Shown one piece after another: positions 32,362-41,226 of a DNA stretch of 62,214 nucleotides (position 1 is its first letter; each line of letters opens with the position of its first letter). The notes beneath the pieces are model-generated. The model did no database searches. It saw only the letters and a list, made by a program, of their open reading frames with translations, and was not told the DNA's origin. The position numbers were made by a program, and so were the translations under genes. The stretch is from NCBI GenBank assembly GCA_035649435.1, contig DASRJO010000113.1:1-62214 (forward strand), read 5' to 3'. Source of the DNA: Candidatus Krumholzibacteriia bacterium (GTDB taxonomy: Bacteria > Krumholzibacteriota > Krumholzibacteriia > G020349025).

Positions 32362-34467
32362 TCACTCGTCGATCTGGTGCAATTTCTGTCCCGCAGCCGC
32401 CGTCATCTGCGGGTCGCGCATCGCGAGTTCCAGGAGTCGGCGAGCGGCGTCTTTTCTGCCGACCTGCAGGTAAGAATCCACGAGCGCAGCCACGACCTCC
32501 CACCCGGCCTCGCCGCTCCCGGTGCGCAACACCGGCTCGAGCCGAGCAATGGCAGCGCTGTGCTCGCCGGCCAGGTTGTACGCGAGCCCGAGGTATCGCA
32601 AGACGCGTGGATTCTCGGCACCTCCATGGCGCTCGAGGAGTCGGCCGATCTGGATGGCCTCGCGACAGAGCTGTTCATTCGCGCTCGTGGCTGTCGATTG
32701 GAGGTGGCGATTGCAGGCGAGCAGGAGCCACGTGAGCTCGAGTCGCCAGAGCGACACGCGCGCGACCGATTCCCGCGCCACGCGAAACAGCGGCGCTGCG
32801 GCTTCGTAGTCGCCGCCCTCCATTCGATAGACACCGATCACCCACTCGAGCGGTCGCTCGGTTTCTCCGTGCAGGCTCGGATCGCGCCAGCGCTCGACCG
32901 CCTTGCGGTCGACATCGCTCATGCGCGTTAGCAATTCCTTGTCGAGCCGGTCGACGCGTCGGTACGCCGCTTCGTTGTTCTTCCGGAAGAAGTCGATCTC
33001 GAAGAGCTTGCGCAGATGACTGGCGGCGAGGTAGTCGGTATAGACGCTGTGCCCCAGTCGATCGGCGACACGATCCCAGGGGGATTGTTTCTCGATCGCC
33101 TCTGCGCTCACGTGCAGAGGCTCTGGCATCGCGGCCATTGTCGTGGCCAAGGTGCGGGCGAACAAAGATTGTCCGCGCAATGACAGATGAACGTGGTCGT
33201 CCAAGAGCTCCCACCCGATCGCTCCGCCCGGGCTCTCGGCGCGGAATGCGGCTTCCATGTCGCACAGGATGGCACCCTCACTTGCCGCGTCCCGCACCGC
33301 GGCCTGCGCCGCGCTCGTCGCTCGCCAAGGCATGGTGTCGAGATCGCGCGCGCGCACGTAAGCCGCCAGAGCCTCCGTGTGCCGTTCCAGTTGGCTCAGC
33401 GCCTGCCCCAGAATGAAATGTACGCGAGCATTCGAGGGATCCAAGTCGATCATCGCGCGCGCCTTCTCTGCCGCACCCCCGGGGTCGTCGGTCAGCAACT
33501 TCGCAGCGAGCGACAGGTTCTGCTCGAAAGCATGTCGCTCCGCGTCGGGGAGCTGCGGTGCGGCATCGGACCCGATCGGCGCCAGATCCCGCTCGTTTGT
33601 CGGCACCGTGCACAAGATCACCGGCACCTTACGAGCGGCACAACGCCGCACCATGGAGGCCAAGTGTGAGCGCAGGCTCTTCGCCGCGGCTTCGCGCATT
33701 CGATCGTCGTCGCGGATTTGCGACTTCGCCGCCGCCGCCCGCTCCATCAGCGTGCCGCTCTTCGGCGCTTTGTCTTGCATCCGCGACTGCAGCCATTGCG
33801 ACAACCCGAGCCCGCGCACCCAACGCAGCAGGCGCATGCCGACCGGGGACCTTGCGAGGCGCGGCAGCGACGCCATGCCATAGGCGCCGTAGAATTCGTT
33901 GTTGCCCACCATCAACACCACGAGGTCGGGGTCGTGATCGAGGACCTCGTCGAGAATGCAGAGGACCGGATAGCTCGCGACCGCGGTGGCGCCGAAGTTC
34001 AGCACCTCGACCGCTCGCTCGCCGCCCCAGGCCTCGCGCAGCATCGTCTCGAGAAAGGATCCATTGGTGAGCGGCAACGGTTGTGGGAATCCCTGAATCG
34101 CCGACTCGCCGAGGAAGGCGATGCGCGTGGTCTTGGCGGGTTTGGGCGTGGTGAAGTGGATCTCGCGCATGCCGCCACCCTGGACCGCACGCCCGAAGAA
34201 GGTGTCCGTGCCGCGTCGGCTGGTGTCGTACCACGTGACGCCATCGTCTTCGCCCACACGCTGGATCACGGATGGATAGCCGCCGTAACCGCCGAGCCGG
34301 GACATGATCTCTGCCAGGACAAAGACGGCGCACGGCAACGTCCACATGACAAGATGGAAGACGAAACGCCGGCGCCTCGAGAGGGCTCGCACCGAAGGAC
34401 GGACCGCGCGTCCGGTGGCAGGGCGTCCCGGTGACGCCTTCGCCCGGCCTCGTCTCTTCCGCGTCAT
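32362..34467 (-). CDS. Membrane-anchored SGNH/GDSL-type hydrolase fused to TPR-like repeats
   Basis: ORF 32362..34467 (701 aa). It has a basic N-terminus followed by a TM helix (FVFHLVMWTLPCAVFVLAEIM). The SGNH blocks are IAFLGESAIQGFP (block I), VLMVGNNEFYG (block III) and LLDDHVHLSLRG (block V, DxxH). The C-terminal half is helical and TPR-like. Confidence 0.65.
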   Translation of the reverse strand: MTRKRRGRAKASPGRPATGRAVRPSVRALSRRRRFVFHLVMWTLPCAVFVLAEIMSRLGGYGGYPSVIQRVGEDDGVTWYDTSRRGTDTFFGRAVQGGGMREIHFTTPKPAKTTRIAFLGESAIQGFPQPLPLTNGSFLETMLREAWGGERAVEVLNFGATAVASYPVLCILDEVLDHDPDLVVLMVGNNEFYGAYGMASLPRLARSPVGMRLLRWVRGLGLSQWLQSRMQDKAPKSGTLMERAAAAKSQIRDDDRMREAAAKSLRSHLASMVRRCAARKVPVILCTVPTNERDLAPIGSDAAPQLPDAERHAFEQNLSLAAKLLTDDPGGAAEKARAMIDLDPSNARVHFILGQALSQLERHTEALAAYVRARDLDTMPWRATSAAQAAVRDAASEGAILCDMEAAFRAESPGGAIGWELLDDHVHLSLRGQSLFARTLATTMAAMPEPLHVSAEAIEKQSPWDRVADRLGHSVYTDYLAASHLRKLFEIDFFRKNNEAAYRRVDRLDKELLTRMSDVDRKAVERWRDPSLHGETERPLEWVIGVYRMEGGDYEAAAPLFRVARESVARVSLWRLELTWLLLACNRHLQSTATSANEQLCREAIQIGRLLERHGGAENPRVLRYLGLAYNLAGEHSAAIARLEPVLRTGSGEAGWEVVAALVDSYLQVGRKDAARRLLELAMRDPQMTAAAGQKLHQIDE

Positions 34468-34543
34468 GCGCCCTTCCGGATGGCGAGAGTGTATCGGAGA
34501 AATGGTACTCGCTCGGAACGTAAGCTGTCGTGATCGATGAGCT

Positions 34544-35953
34544 TCACTCGTCGAGGACCGCGCCGCGCGAGCGAATGACTTCGCGGTAGAAATGCGCGCT
34601 GGCCTTGGGCGTGCGCACCTGGGTGTCGAAGTCGACGTGCACGAGGCCGAAGCGTTTGGAGAAGCCGCTGGCCCATTCGAGGTTGTCGAGAAGCGACCAG
34701 GCGAAGTAGCCGCGCAGGTCGACGCCGCGCTGCATGGCGGCTCGGGCGGAGCGCAGGTGGGTGCGGAAGTAGTCGACGCGCAAGGGATCCTTCACCACTC
34801 CACTCGCATCGACGGGCGGATCGGCGAAGGCGGCGCCGTTCTCGGTGACATAGAGCCGCAGGTCGCCGTAGCGCTCCTTCACCCAGCAGAGCGTGCGCGT
34901 GAGGCTCTCCGGGTGCACCTCCCAGTCGAGCTCGGTGTAGACGCTGCCGCGTTGGCGCTCGGACCGCGCCTGCAGCAGTCCGGCCTGGGGATCGTGCCGC
35001 ACGACGTTGCGCGTGTAGTAGTTGATTCCCAGGAAATCGATCGGCGTGCCGATGAGGGTGAAATCCCGTGCGGGGAACTCGGGCCAGGCGCTGCCGAACA
35101 TCTGATGCAGCTCCTCGGGGTAATGACCGAAGAAGACCGCATCCAAGTATTGGCGGTTCATGTACGCGTCGGCGCGTTGCGTCGCTGCCAGATCCTCGGC
35201 TCGTTCCGAAGCCGGGACCTTCGGCTCGAGATTGACCACGAGACCGATCTGCCCGCGGCCGTCGCTCCGGAATGCCTGCACCGCCGATCCGTGCGCACGC
35301 AGGAGGTTGTGCGACACGTGCGGCACTTCTTCGAGACTGCTGTGCCCGGGGGCGTGAACGCCATGCAAATAGCCGGCATCGGCGACGACCCACGGTTCGT
35401 TGAGTGTCGCCCAGAGCGGCACCCGGTCGCCAAGTGCGCGGAAGACGATGTGCGCGTAATCGCCGAACCAGCCGGCGACGTCGCGGTTCAACCAGCCGCC
35501 GCGATCGTCGAGGGCGGCGGGCAGATCCCAATGGTAGAGCGTGATGCAGGGCTGGATGCCCACTGCGAGCAACGCATCCACCAAGCGCGCGTAGAAATCG
35601 AGACCGGCGCGGTTCACGCGCCCATGGCCCTCGGGAAGGACGCGCGCCCAGGCGATGCTGAAGCGGTACGCCTGCAGTCCGAGCTCGTGCATGAGTGCCA
35701 CGTCATCCAGTGCGCGGCGATAGTGGTCACAGGCGACATCGCCCGTTGCTCCATCCTGCATGCGGCCGGGCGTGTGCGCGAAGAGGTGCCAATTGCTGGC
35801 TCCGGCGCCATCGGCGAGCGGCGAACCTTCGACTTGATACGCCGATGTCGCGGCTCCAAAGAGGAAGTCGGCGGGGAACAGAGTGCGATCGCCGGGCGGC
35901 GGCTGGTTCTGCGCCTCGGGTGGGGAAGGGACGCCGCGCTCGTTCGATCTCAT
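34544..35953 (-). CDS. GH1 beta-glucosidase
   Basis: In-frame ATG at 35953 within ORF 34544..36187, overlapping the GH94 stop (ATGA). Motifs are FLFGAATSAYQVEG, the acid/base ATLNEPWVV and the nucleophile LYVTENGAAF. There is no signal peptide. Confidence 0.9.
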   Translation of the reverse strand: MRSNERGVPSPPEAQNQPPPGDRTLFPADFLFGAATSAYQVEGSPLADGAGASNWHLFAHTPGRMQDGATGDVACDHYRRALDDVALMHELGLQAYRFSIAWARVLPEGHGRVNRAGLDFYARLVDALLAVGIQPCITLYHWDLPAALDDRGGWLNRDVAGWFGDYAHIVFRALGDRVPLWATLNEPWVVADAGYLHGVHAPGHSSLEEVPHVSHNLLRAHGSAVQAFRSDGRGQIGLVVNLEPKVPASERAEDLAATQRADAYMNRQYLDAVFFGHYPEELHQMFGSAWPEFPARDFTLIGTPIDFLGINYYTRNVVRHDPQAGLLQARSERQRGSVYTELDWEVHPESLTRTLCWVKERYGDLRLYVTENGAAFADPPVDASGVVKDPLRVDYFRTHLRSARAAMQRGVDLRGYFAWSLLDNLEWASGFSKRFGLVHVDFDTQVRTPKASAHFYREVIRSRGAVLDE

Positions 35954-38900
35954 GCTTTGACTCCGTCGAGTTTGCCGAGCACGAGATCGACACGATGCGT
36001 GCGGCCATCGCCGAGCAGCGGCACGTACGCGACTCCCGCACTCACGGCGAGCGGCTTGCCGTCCAGCTGGGCCTCGCGGACGCCGAGGCCGCGGCCGTGC
36101 GTGTTGCGCGCGGCGATCTCGTAGCGAGTCGACTCGCCGGGAGGTTGATAGCGCAACGTGAACCCCGGCCAGTCGTCCGGGACGCATGGAAAAATCCGGA
36201 TGGTGTTGCCCTCGACCAAACGGAAGCCGAGGAGCGATTCCAACACGATGCGATACATCCAGCCAGCAGAACCCGTGTACCAGGTCCAGCCGCCGCGGCC
36301 CACGTGCGGCGGTGCGCCGTAGACATCGGCGGCCACGACAAAGGGTTCGACGCGGTAGACCTCGACGGATTCTCGGCTCCTCGTGTGGTGCATAGGGCTC
36401 AGCATCTCGAGGAGGCTCGCGACTCGATTGTTCTCACCCAGCTCGGCCAGGGCGCGCACCACCCAGAGAGCCGCGTGCGTGTACTGTCCGCCGTTCTCAC
36501 GCACGCCACGCGCATAGCCTTTGATGTAGCCGGGATCATCCGCGCTGTCGGCGAAAGGCGGCCACAGCAACCGGATGATCCCTTCCGTCTCCGAGATCAA
36601 GTGTTCATCGGCGGCGCGCATGGCGCCTCTGGCCCGATCCACGGGCGCCGCGCCCGACAACACCGCCCATGCTTGCACGAGCGCGTCGATGTGGCATTCT
36701 TCACTCTCGCGCGAGCCGAGCGGCTTGCCGTTGTCGTAGTAACCACGGCGGTACCACTCGCCGTCCCAACCGCTCGTTTCGAGAGCCGCTTGCAACTCGC
36801 GGCGATGCTGCTCGTAGCGCCGCACCCGTTCGCCATCGCGACGGTTGTCGCAAAGACCCACGAAATCGCCAAGGACGGCGTAGAGGAAGAATCCCATCCA
36901 CACACTTTCGCCGCGCCCCTCGCGGCCGACGCGGTTCATGCCGTCGTTCCAATCTCCCGTGCCGAACAGCGGCAGCCCGTGTGCGCCGCGCACGAGGGAG
37001 CGGTCGATGGCTCGGCAGCAGTGCTCGTACAGCGTGCCCTCGGTGGCAGAAAGGCGTGGTTCGAGGTAGGCCTCGTCCTCGCCCGGAGCGAGCGCGCGGG
37101 CACTGAGATACGGCAGGCGTTCGTCGAGGATGCGCCAATCGCCGGTCGCGAGAACGTAATGCGCGCTCAGGAACGGCAGCCAGAGGAGATCGTCGGCGAA
37201 GTGCGTGCGGATGCCACGATCGCGGGGTGGATGCCACCAGTGCAGCACGTCGCCGTCCTCGAACTGATGCGCGGCGTGCAGGAGAATCTGCGCGCGCGTC
37301 CTGTCCGGCCAAATCGGCAGCAGCGCCGAGGCATCCTGAATCTGATCGCGGTAGCCGAATGCCCCGCCCGATTGATACAGCGCCGTGCGTGCCCAGATGC
37401 GGCAGGCGAGTGTCTGGTACGGCAGCCAGCCGTTCGCGAGCAGGTCGAGGGCTCGTGACGGGGTCTCGATCTGCAGTCTCGCGAAGCTCTGGTGCCAGAA
37501 CGCCAGCACATCGCGGCGCGAAGTTTCCACGGCGTCGAGCGAACCGTAGCGCTCGACAAGCACGCGCACCTCGTGCATGTCGCGTCCTTCGCCGAAGAGA
37601 AAGCAAACTGCAGACGTCGACCCCGGGGATAGCTCCACGGTCACCTGCTGCGCGAAGCAGGGATCGAGCCCGCCACCCGTCCGGCCATCGAGCGTCGAGC
37701 CATGACGCAGCGCCGCGGGATGGGCCATGCTGCCGTTCCGACCCAGGAACGACATGCGGTCGGCACTCACGTGCGCGGCGGGGTTCGGTGCCGATGCGGC
37801 GAACGCGATGCTGCTGGCGAATTCTCCCGCCGCTGGATTCCGCGCCAGCAGGGCCCCCGTTTCGCCGTCGCGCTCGCACACGATGTCGGTGGCGCTTTCC
37901 TCCGGCAGAGCCCCGAGTACGAGTCGTTGATAGGCGAAGAGCGAGAGTCGACGCCGGTGATCGCTCGCGTTCGTGAGCTGGACGACCGTGCACTTCACCG
38001 GATCGTGTCGTGGCACGAACAGCGTTGTTTCCTGCACCAGCGCATGGCTCTGGTGTCGGAATCCGCTCCAGCCGAAGCCGTGGCGCACCTCGTAGTCCCC
38101 GTCGGCGGGAGCCGGACCCGGGAGTAGCGACCAGAAATCTCCCGTCGCCTCGTCGCGGATGTAGAGCGCCTCACCATGCGAATCGAGAACGGGGTCATTG
38201 GCCCAGGGGGTGAGCCGGTGCTCGCGACTGTTCTGGCTCCACGTGCACCCGGCACCCGTTTCGCTCGCCAGGAAGCCGAAGCGTTCGTTGGCGATCACGT
38301 TCGTCCATGGTTGCGGCGGCAGTCCGTGCAGCGAGCCTCCCTCGCCGCGCAGGGACAGACAGTACTCGCGCCCATGATTGGCGAAGCCGCCGTAACCATT
38401 GGTGTACTCGAGACTCTCGGTCGTGGACATCCGGGCCGCGAGATCGACTGGCGCGGGCGAAGCGGATGCGCGAGCTGCTGCTTTCTTGCGTTTCCGTGCG
38501 AACACCGTCGCCGAGGGCGGTGCGGCCGAGCCGCTCAAGTCAGGCAGAGTCTCGCCCACGACCAGGCGTGCCCGGCTCTCGAGGAGATCGATGTCGGCGG
38601 TCCGCCCCAGGTCGAGAACACGCAGCGTCCCGGCCCATGGCCGCTTCCCATCCTCGTTGGGGATTGGACTCTCGCCGCCGAGAAGCACGAGATCGATCGG
38701 GAGGCCGAGATCGCGCCAGACCGCGTGCATCGCCAGGATCCTATTCGCGGCGGCGGAAGCCCGGCCCAGAACGAATGGACGCTGTGGCGAGAGACCCAGT
38801 CGCTCGAGATCTTCCCGCACCTCGTTGCCAGTGGGACGCGGCGTGCACAACGAGGGATGACGGTAGAGGAGGGCTCCTGCCAGGGCGTGCGCGTACTCGC

Positions 38901-39807
38901 CTTCGGCAAGGTCGAGGCCTCTGCGCGCGAGGGCGGCGCGCGCCGACGACTCCGCGTGGTCGAAGGCCGTGTCGATTGCGCTAGCGCTCGAATGGTCGGC
39001 CACCATCGAGAGCGCCCGATCGCGATCCTCCGCGGCGCCGAGCAGGAATGTGGCGACGCGACTTTCTCCCGCGGCCAGGTCGAACACGCAACGAAGGCTC
39101 ACGATCGGATCCAACACGTCGCCGCAAGTTCCCGTGAGCGCAGTGCGAAGCGCGAGAGGTGCGGCACGTGAGCCACCGCGGCCGAGGAAACGCGCTCGAT
39201 CGGTTTCGTGCCCCGAAACGTCCGCACCGCAAAGCGCGTGCACGAGCCAGGGATGCTGTTCGCTCGGCGAGCGCGGCCGACGTCGGGCCAGAAGCGCGGC
39301 CAGCGCGGGAAAGGACTCGGTCTGCACGAACAATTTCGAGAAGGCGGGATGCGCCGCATGGTCGGGCGCGGGTGCGAGCACCACCTCGGCATAGCTCGTG
39401 ATCTCGAGCCGGATGCGGCGCGACGAACGATTCTCGATCGTGAGCCGTCGCATTTCGAGCGCGGCCGCGGCGGCGACGGCGATGTCGAGCCGGCAGACGA
39501 CGCCATCGTCCTCCCGTTCGATGCGGAAGCGGCCCGGCACCCAGGTCGCCTGATAGTGTTTCGCCGGACGCTGGATCAGGTGATGTCCCACCAACCACGC
39601 GACGCCGCTCACGAGATCGCGCACGTAGATTGAAAACGCGTCCGGATCCGCGACGCGATCACCACTCCAAGAAGTGCACGCATGACCTCGGTACCACGAA
39701 CCGCCCGTTCCCGCGGCGCTCACGAGCACCCGATAATCGCCGTTGGAAAGGAAACGCACCGTCGGCGCGTCTCGCGCCTGCGGATCCAGTGGTGGTGCTC
39801 TCAACAC
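35950..39807 (-). CDS. GH94 glycoside phosphorylase of the cyclic-beta-1,2-glucan-synthase C-terminal / 1,2-beta-oligoglucan phosphorylase type
   Basis: ORF 35950..39807 (1285 aa, GTG start). It has two GH94 N-terminal-type modules (VRFLSNGDYRVLVSAAGTGGSWYRG... and LEYTNGYGGFANHGREY...PWTNVIANERFGFLASETGAGCTW). A catalytic (alpha/alpha)6 region with LFGTGDWNDGMNRVG (the GH94 DWND catalytic Asp motif) and YTGSAGWMYR follows. There is no signal peptide and no GT84 synthase domain. Confidence 0.8.
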   Translation of the reverse strand: MLRAPPLDPQARDAPTVRFLSNGDYRVLVSAAGTGGSWYRGHACTSWSGDRVADPDAFSIYVRDLVSGVAWLVGHHLIQRPAKHYQATWVPGRFRIEREDDGVVCRLDIAVAAAAALEMRRLTIENRSSRRIRLEITSYAEVVLAPAPDHAAHPAFSKLFVQTESFPALAALLARRRPRSPSEQHPWLVHALCGADVSGHETDRARFLGRGGSRAAPLALRTALTGTCGDVLDPIVSLRCVFDLAAGESRVATFLLGAAEDRDRALSMVADHSSASAIDTAFDHAESSARAALARRGLDLAEGEYAHALAGALLYRHPSLCTPRPTGNEVREDLERLGLSPQRPFVLGRASAAANRILAMHAVWRDLGLPIDLVLLGGESPIPNEDGKRPWAGTLRVLDLGRTADIDLLESRARLVVGETLPDLSGSAAPPSATVFARKRKKAAARASASPAPVDLAARMSTTESLEYTNGYGGFANHGREYCLSLRGEGGSLHGLPPQPWTNVIANERFGFLASETGAGCTWSQNSREHRLTPWANDPVLDSHGEALYIRDEATGDFWSLLPGPAPADGDYEVRHGFGWSGFRHQSHALVQETTLFVPRHDPVKCTVVQLTNASDHRRRLSLFAYQRLVLGALPEESATDIVCERDGETGALLARNPAAGEFASSIAFAASAPNPAAHVSADRMSFLGRNGSMAHPAALRHGSTLDGRTGGGLDPCFAQQVTVELSPGSTSAVCFLFGEGRDMHEVRVLVERYGSLDAVETSRRDVLAFWHQSFARLQIETPSRALDLLANGWLPYQTLACRIWARTALYQSGGAFGYRDQIQDASALLPIWPDRTRAQILLHAAHQFEDGDVLHWWHPPRDRGIRTHFADDLLWLPFLSAHYVLATGDWRILDERLPYLSARALAPGEDEAYLEPRLSATEGTLYEHCCRAIDRSLVRGAHGLPLFGTGDWNDGMNRVGREGRGESVWMGFFLYAVLGDFVGLCDNRRDGERVRRYEQHRRELQAALETSGWDGEWYRRGYYDNGKPLGSRESEECHIDALVQAWAVLSGAAPVDRARGAMRAADEHLISETEGIIRLLWPPFADSADDPGYIKGYARGVRENGGQYTHAALWVVRALAELGENNRVASLLEMLSPMHHTRSRESVEVYRVEPFVVAADVYGAPPHVGRGGWTWYTGSAGWMYRIVLESLLGFRLVEGNTIRIFPCVPDDWPGFTLRYQPPGESTRYEIAARNTHGRGLGVREAQLDGKPLAVSAGVAYVPLLGDGRTHRVDLVLGKLDGVKA

Positions 39808-39879
39808 AGCCCCCAGCGGCGGGCGTCTCGTTGGGCAGATGAGCCCAGGTCATCGGTGCGAAATCGGCGGCCCGCTCAC

Positions 39880-39899
39880 TGTAGGACTAAGGTCCTACA
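39880..39899. promoter_or_regulatory. Perfect 20-bp palindrome TGTAGGAC-TAAG-GTCCTACA in the divergent GH94/lacI control region
   Basis: The arms at 39880..39887 and 39892..39899 are exact reverse complements with a 4-nt spacer. The site lies 73 nt upstream of the GH94 GTG (39807). It is a candidate operator for a second regulator or a 5'-UTR hairpin. Confidence 0.4.
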
Positions 39900-39941
39900 A
39901 GGGAAAGTCCAACTGTGAGCTTGACGGCGCGGGGGTGTTCG

Positions 39942-39955
39942 TGTAACCGTTTACA
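39942..39955. promoter_or_regulatory. LacI/GalR-family operator (TGTAACCGTTTACA)
   Basis: The site fits the family consensus TGnAAnCGnTTnCA at all fixed positions and is 12/14 self-complementary. It lies between the divergent GH94 operon start (39807) and the LacI-family gene start (40023). Confidence 0.6.
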
Positions 39956-40022
39956 CGCTCGAACCGAGCGTCTCGCCTGGCGCCCGCGCGTCCAGAAACG
40001 GCGCGGCGCATCGGAGTTCGTC

Positions 40023-41153
40023 GTGGCGACCATCCGAGATGTCGCACGCCTGGCCGGCGTGTCCATCGCCACGGTCTCGCGGGTCTTCAACAACAGCCCG
40101 CGCGTGAGCGAGGAAAGTGCCCGCCGCGTCCGCGCGGCGGCGACGCGGCTCGACTACTGGCCGAACACCGGTGCACGCAGCCTCACCACCAGCCGCACCC
40201 ATGCGCTCGGCGTTCTCCTTCCCGATCTCTTCGGCGAGTTCTTTTCCGAGGTCATTCGCGGCATCGACCATGCCGCGCGTGAAGAAAAGCTGCAAATCCT
40301 CGTCTCCAGCTCGCACGCCGACACCGGCGAGCTCGTCACCGCGGCCCGCGCCATGCGCGGGCGCATCGACGGCCTCATCGCCATGGTGCCCGACAACGGC
40401 GCGGGGTCCGAGATCCAGCAGATCGTGCGGCGTTTTCCCGTGGTGTTCATGAACCCGCGCACCAAGATGAACGGCTGCAACACGGTGTCCATCGCCAACT
40501 ACGATGGCGCGCGCGCAGTGGTGGAGCACCTCGTCGGTCTCGGCCACACGCGGATCGCGACGATCCGCGGGCCGAAGGGCAACGCGGATGCCGAGCAGCG
40601 CCTGCGCGGTTACCGGGACGCGCTGCGCGCCGCCGGCCAGATGCCGGAACCGAAGCTCGAGCTGCAGGGAGATTTCACCGAGAGGTCGGGGTTCCAGTGC
40701 TGCGCCGAGCTGCTTCACCTCGAGCCGAGGCCGTCCGCCGTGTTCGCTGCCAACGACTACATGGCGATTGGGTTGCTGAGCGCCCTGCGCGATGCCGGAA
40801 TCGATGTGCCGAAGGCCATGGCGGTCACCGGCTTCGACGACATCGCCTTCGCGCGCTACCTCGATCCGGCGCTCACGACGGTGCATGTGGACGCCTATGG
40901 GCTGGGAGAGCAGGCGACGCGATCGCTCGTGCCGTTCATGCGTGCTTCACGGCCTTCGCGTTGCACCCATATCGTCTTGCCGGCGACCTTGGCGGTGCGC
41001 AGTTCTTGCGGCGCCGCCGACGCACCGCAAGCGGGGCCCATCCGTCGCCGCCGGCGCGAGACCGAGCCCGTGCCTGTCAAAGGCAAGGCTCCGCTTCGAG
41101 TCCGGAGTCCATCGCCTACCATGCGGCGGCCGCGCGGCAAGGCAGGTGTGTGA
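40023..41153 (+). CDS. LacI-family transcriptional regulator
   Basis: In-frame GTG at 40023 (GGAG 6 nt upstream) within ORF 39915..41153. The N-terminal HTH is ATIRDVARLAGVSIATVSRVFNN, followed by a periplasmic-binding-fold sugar domain (ALGVLLPDLFGEFFSEVIRGI..., VTGFDDIAFARYLDPALTTV). The last ~40 aa form an unusual Arg/Pro-rich tail. Confidence 0.85.
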   Translation: MATIRDVARLAGVSIATVSRVFNNSPRVSEESARRVRAAATRLDYWPNTGARSLTTSRTHALGVLLPDLFGEFFSEVIRGIDHAAREEKLQILVSSSHADTGELVTAARAMRGRIDGLIAMVPDNGAGSEIQQIVRRFPVVFMNPRTKMNGCNTVSIANYDGARAVVEHLVGLGHTRIATIRGPKGNADAEQRLRGYRDALRAAGQMPEPKLELQGDFTERSGFQCCAELLHLEPRPSAVFAANDYMAIGLLSALRDAGIDVPKAMAVTGFDDIAFARYLDPALTTVHVDAYGLGEQATRSLVPFMRASRPSRCTHIVLPATLAVRSSCGAADAPQAGPIRRRRRETEPVPVKGKAPLRVRSPSPTMRRPRGKAGV

Positions 41154-41226
41154 TGACGATCCCCCCATTCAAGACCGTTGCGCACGATCACTCGAAATCG
41201 CATTTACTCGTGAGGAGGCACCAGCC

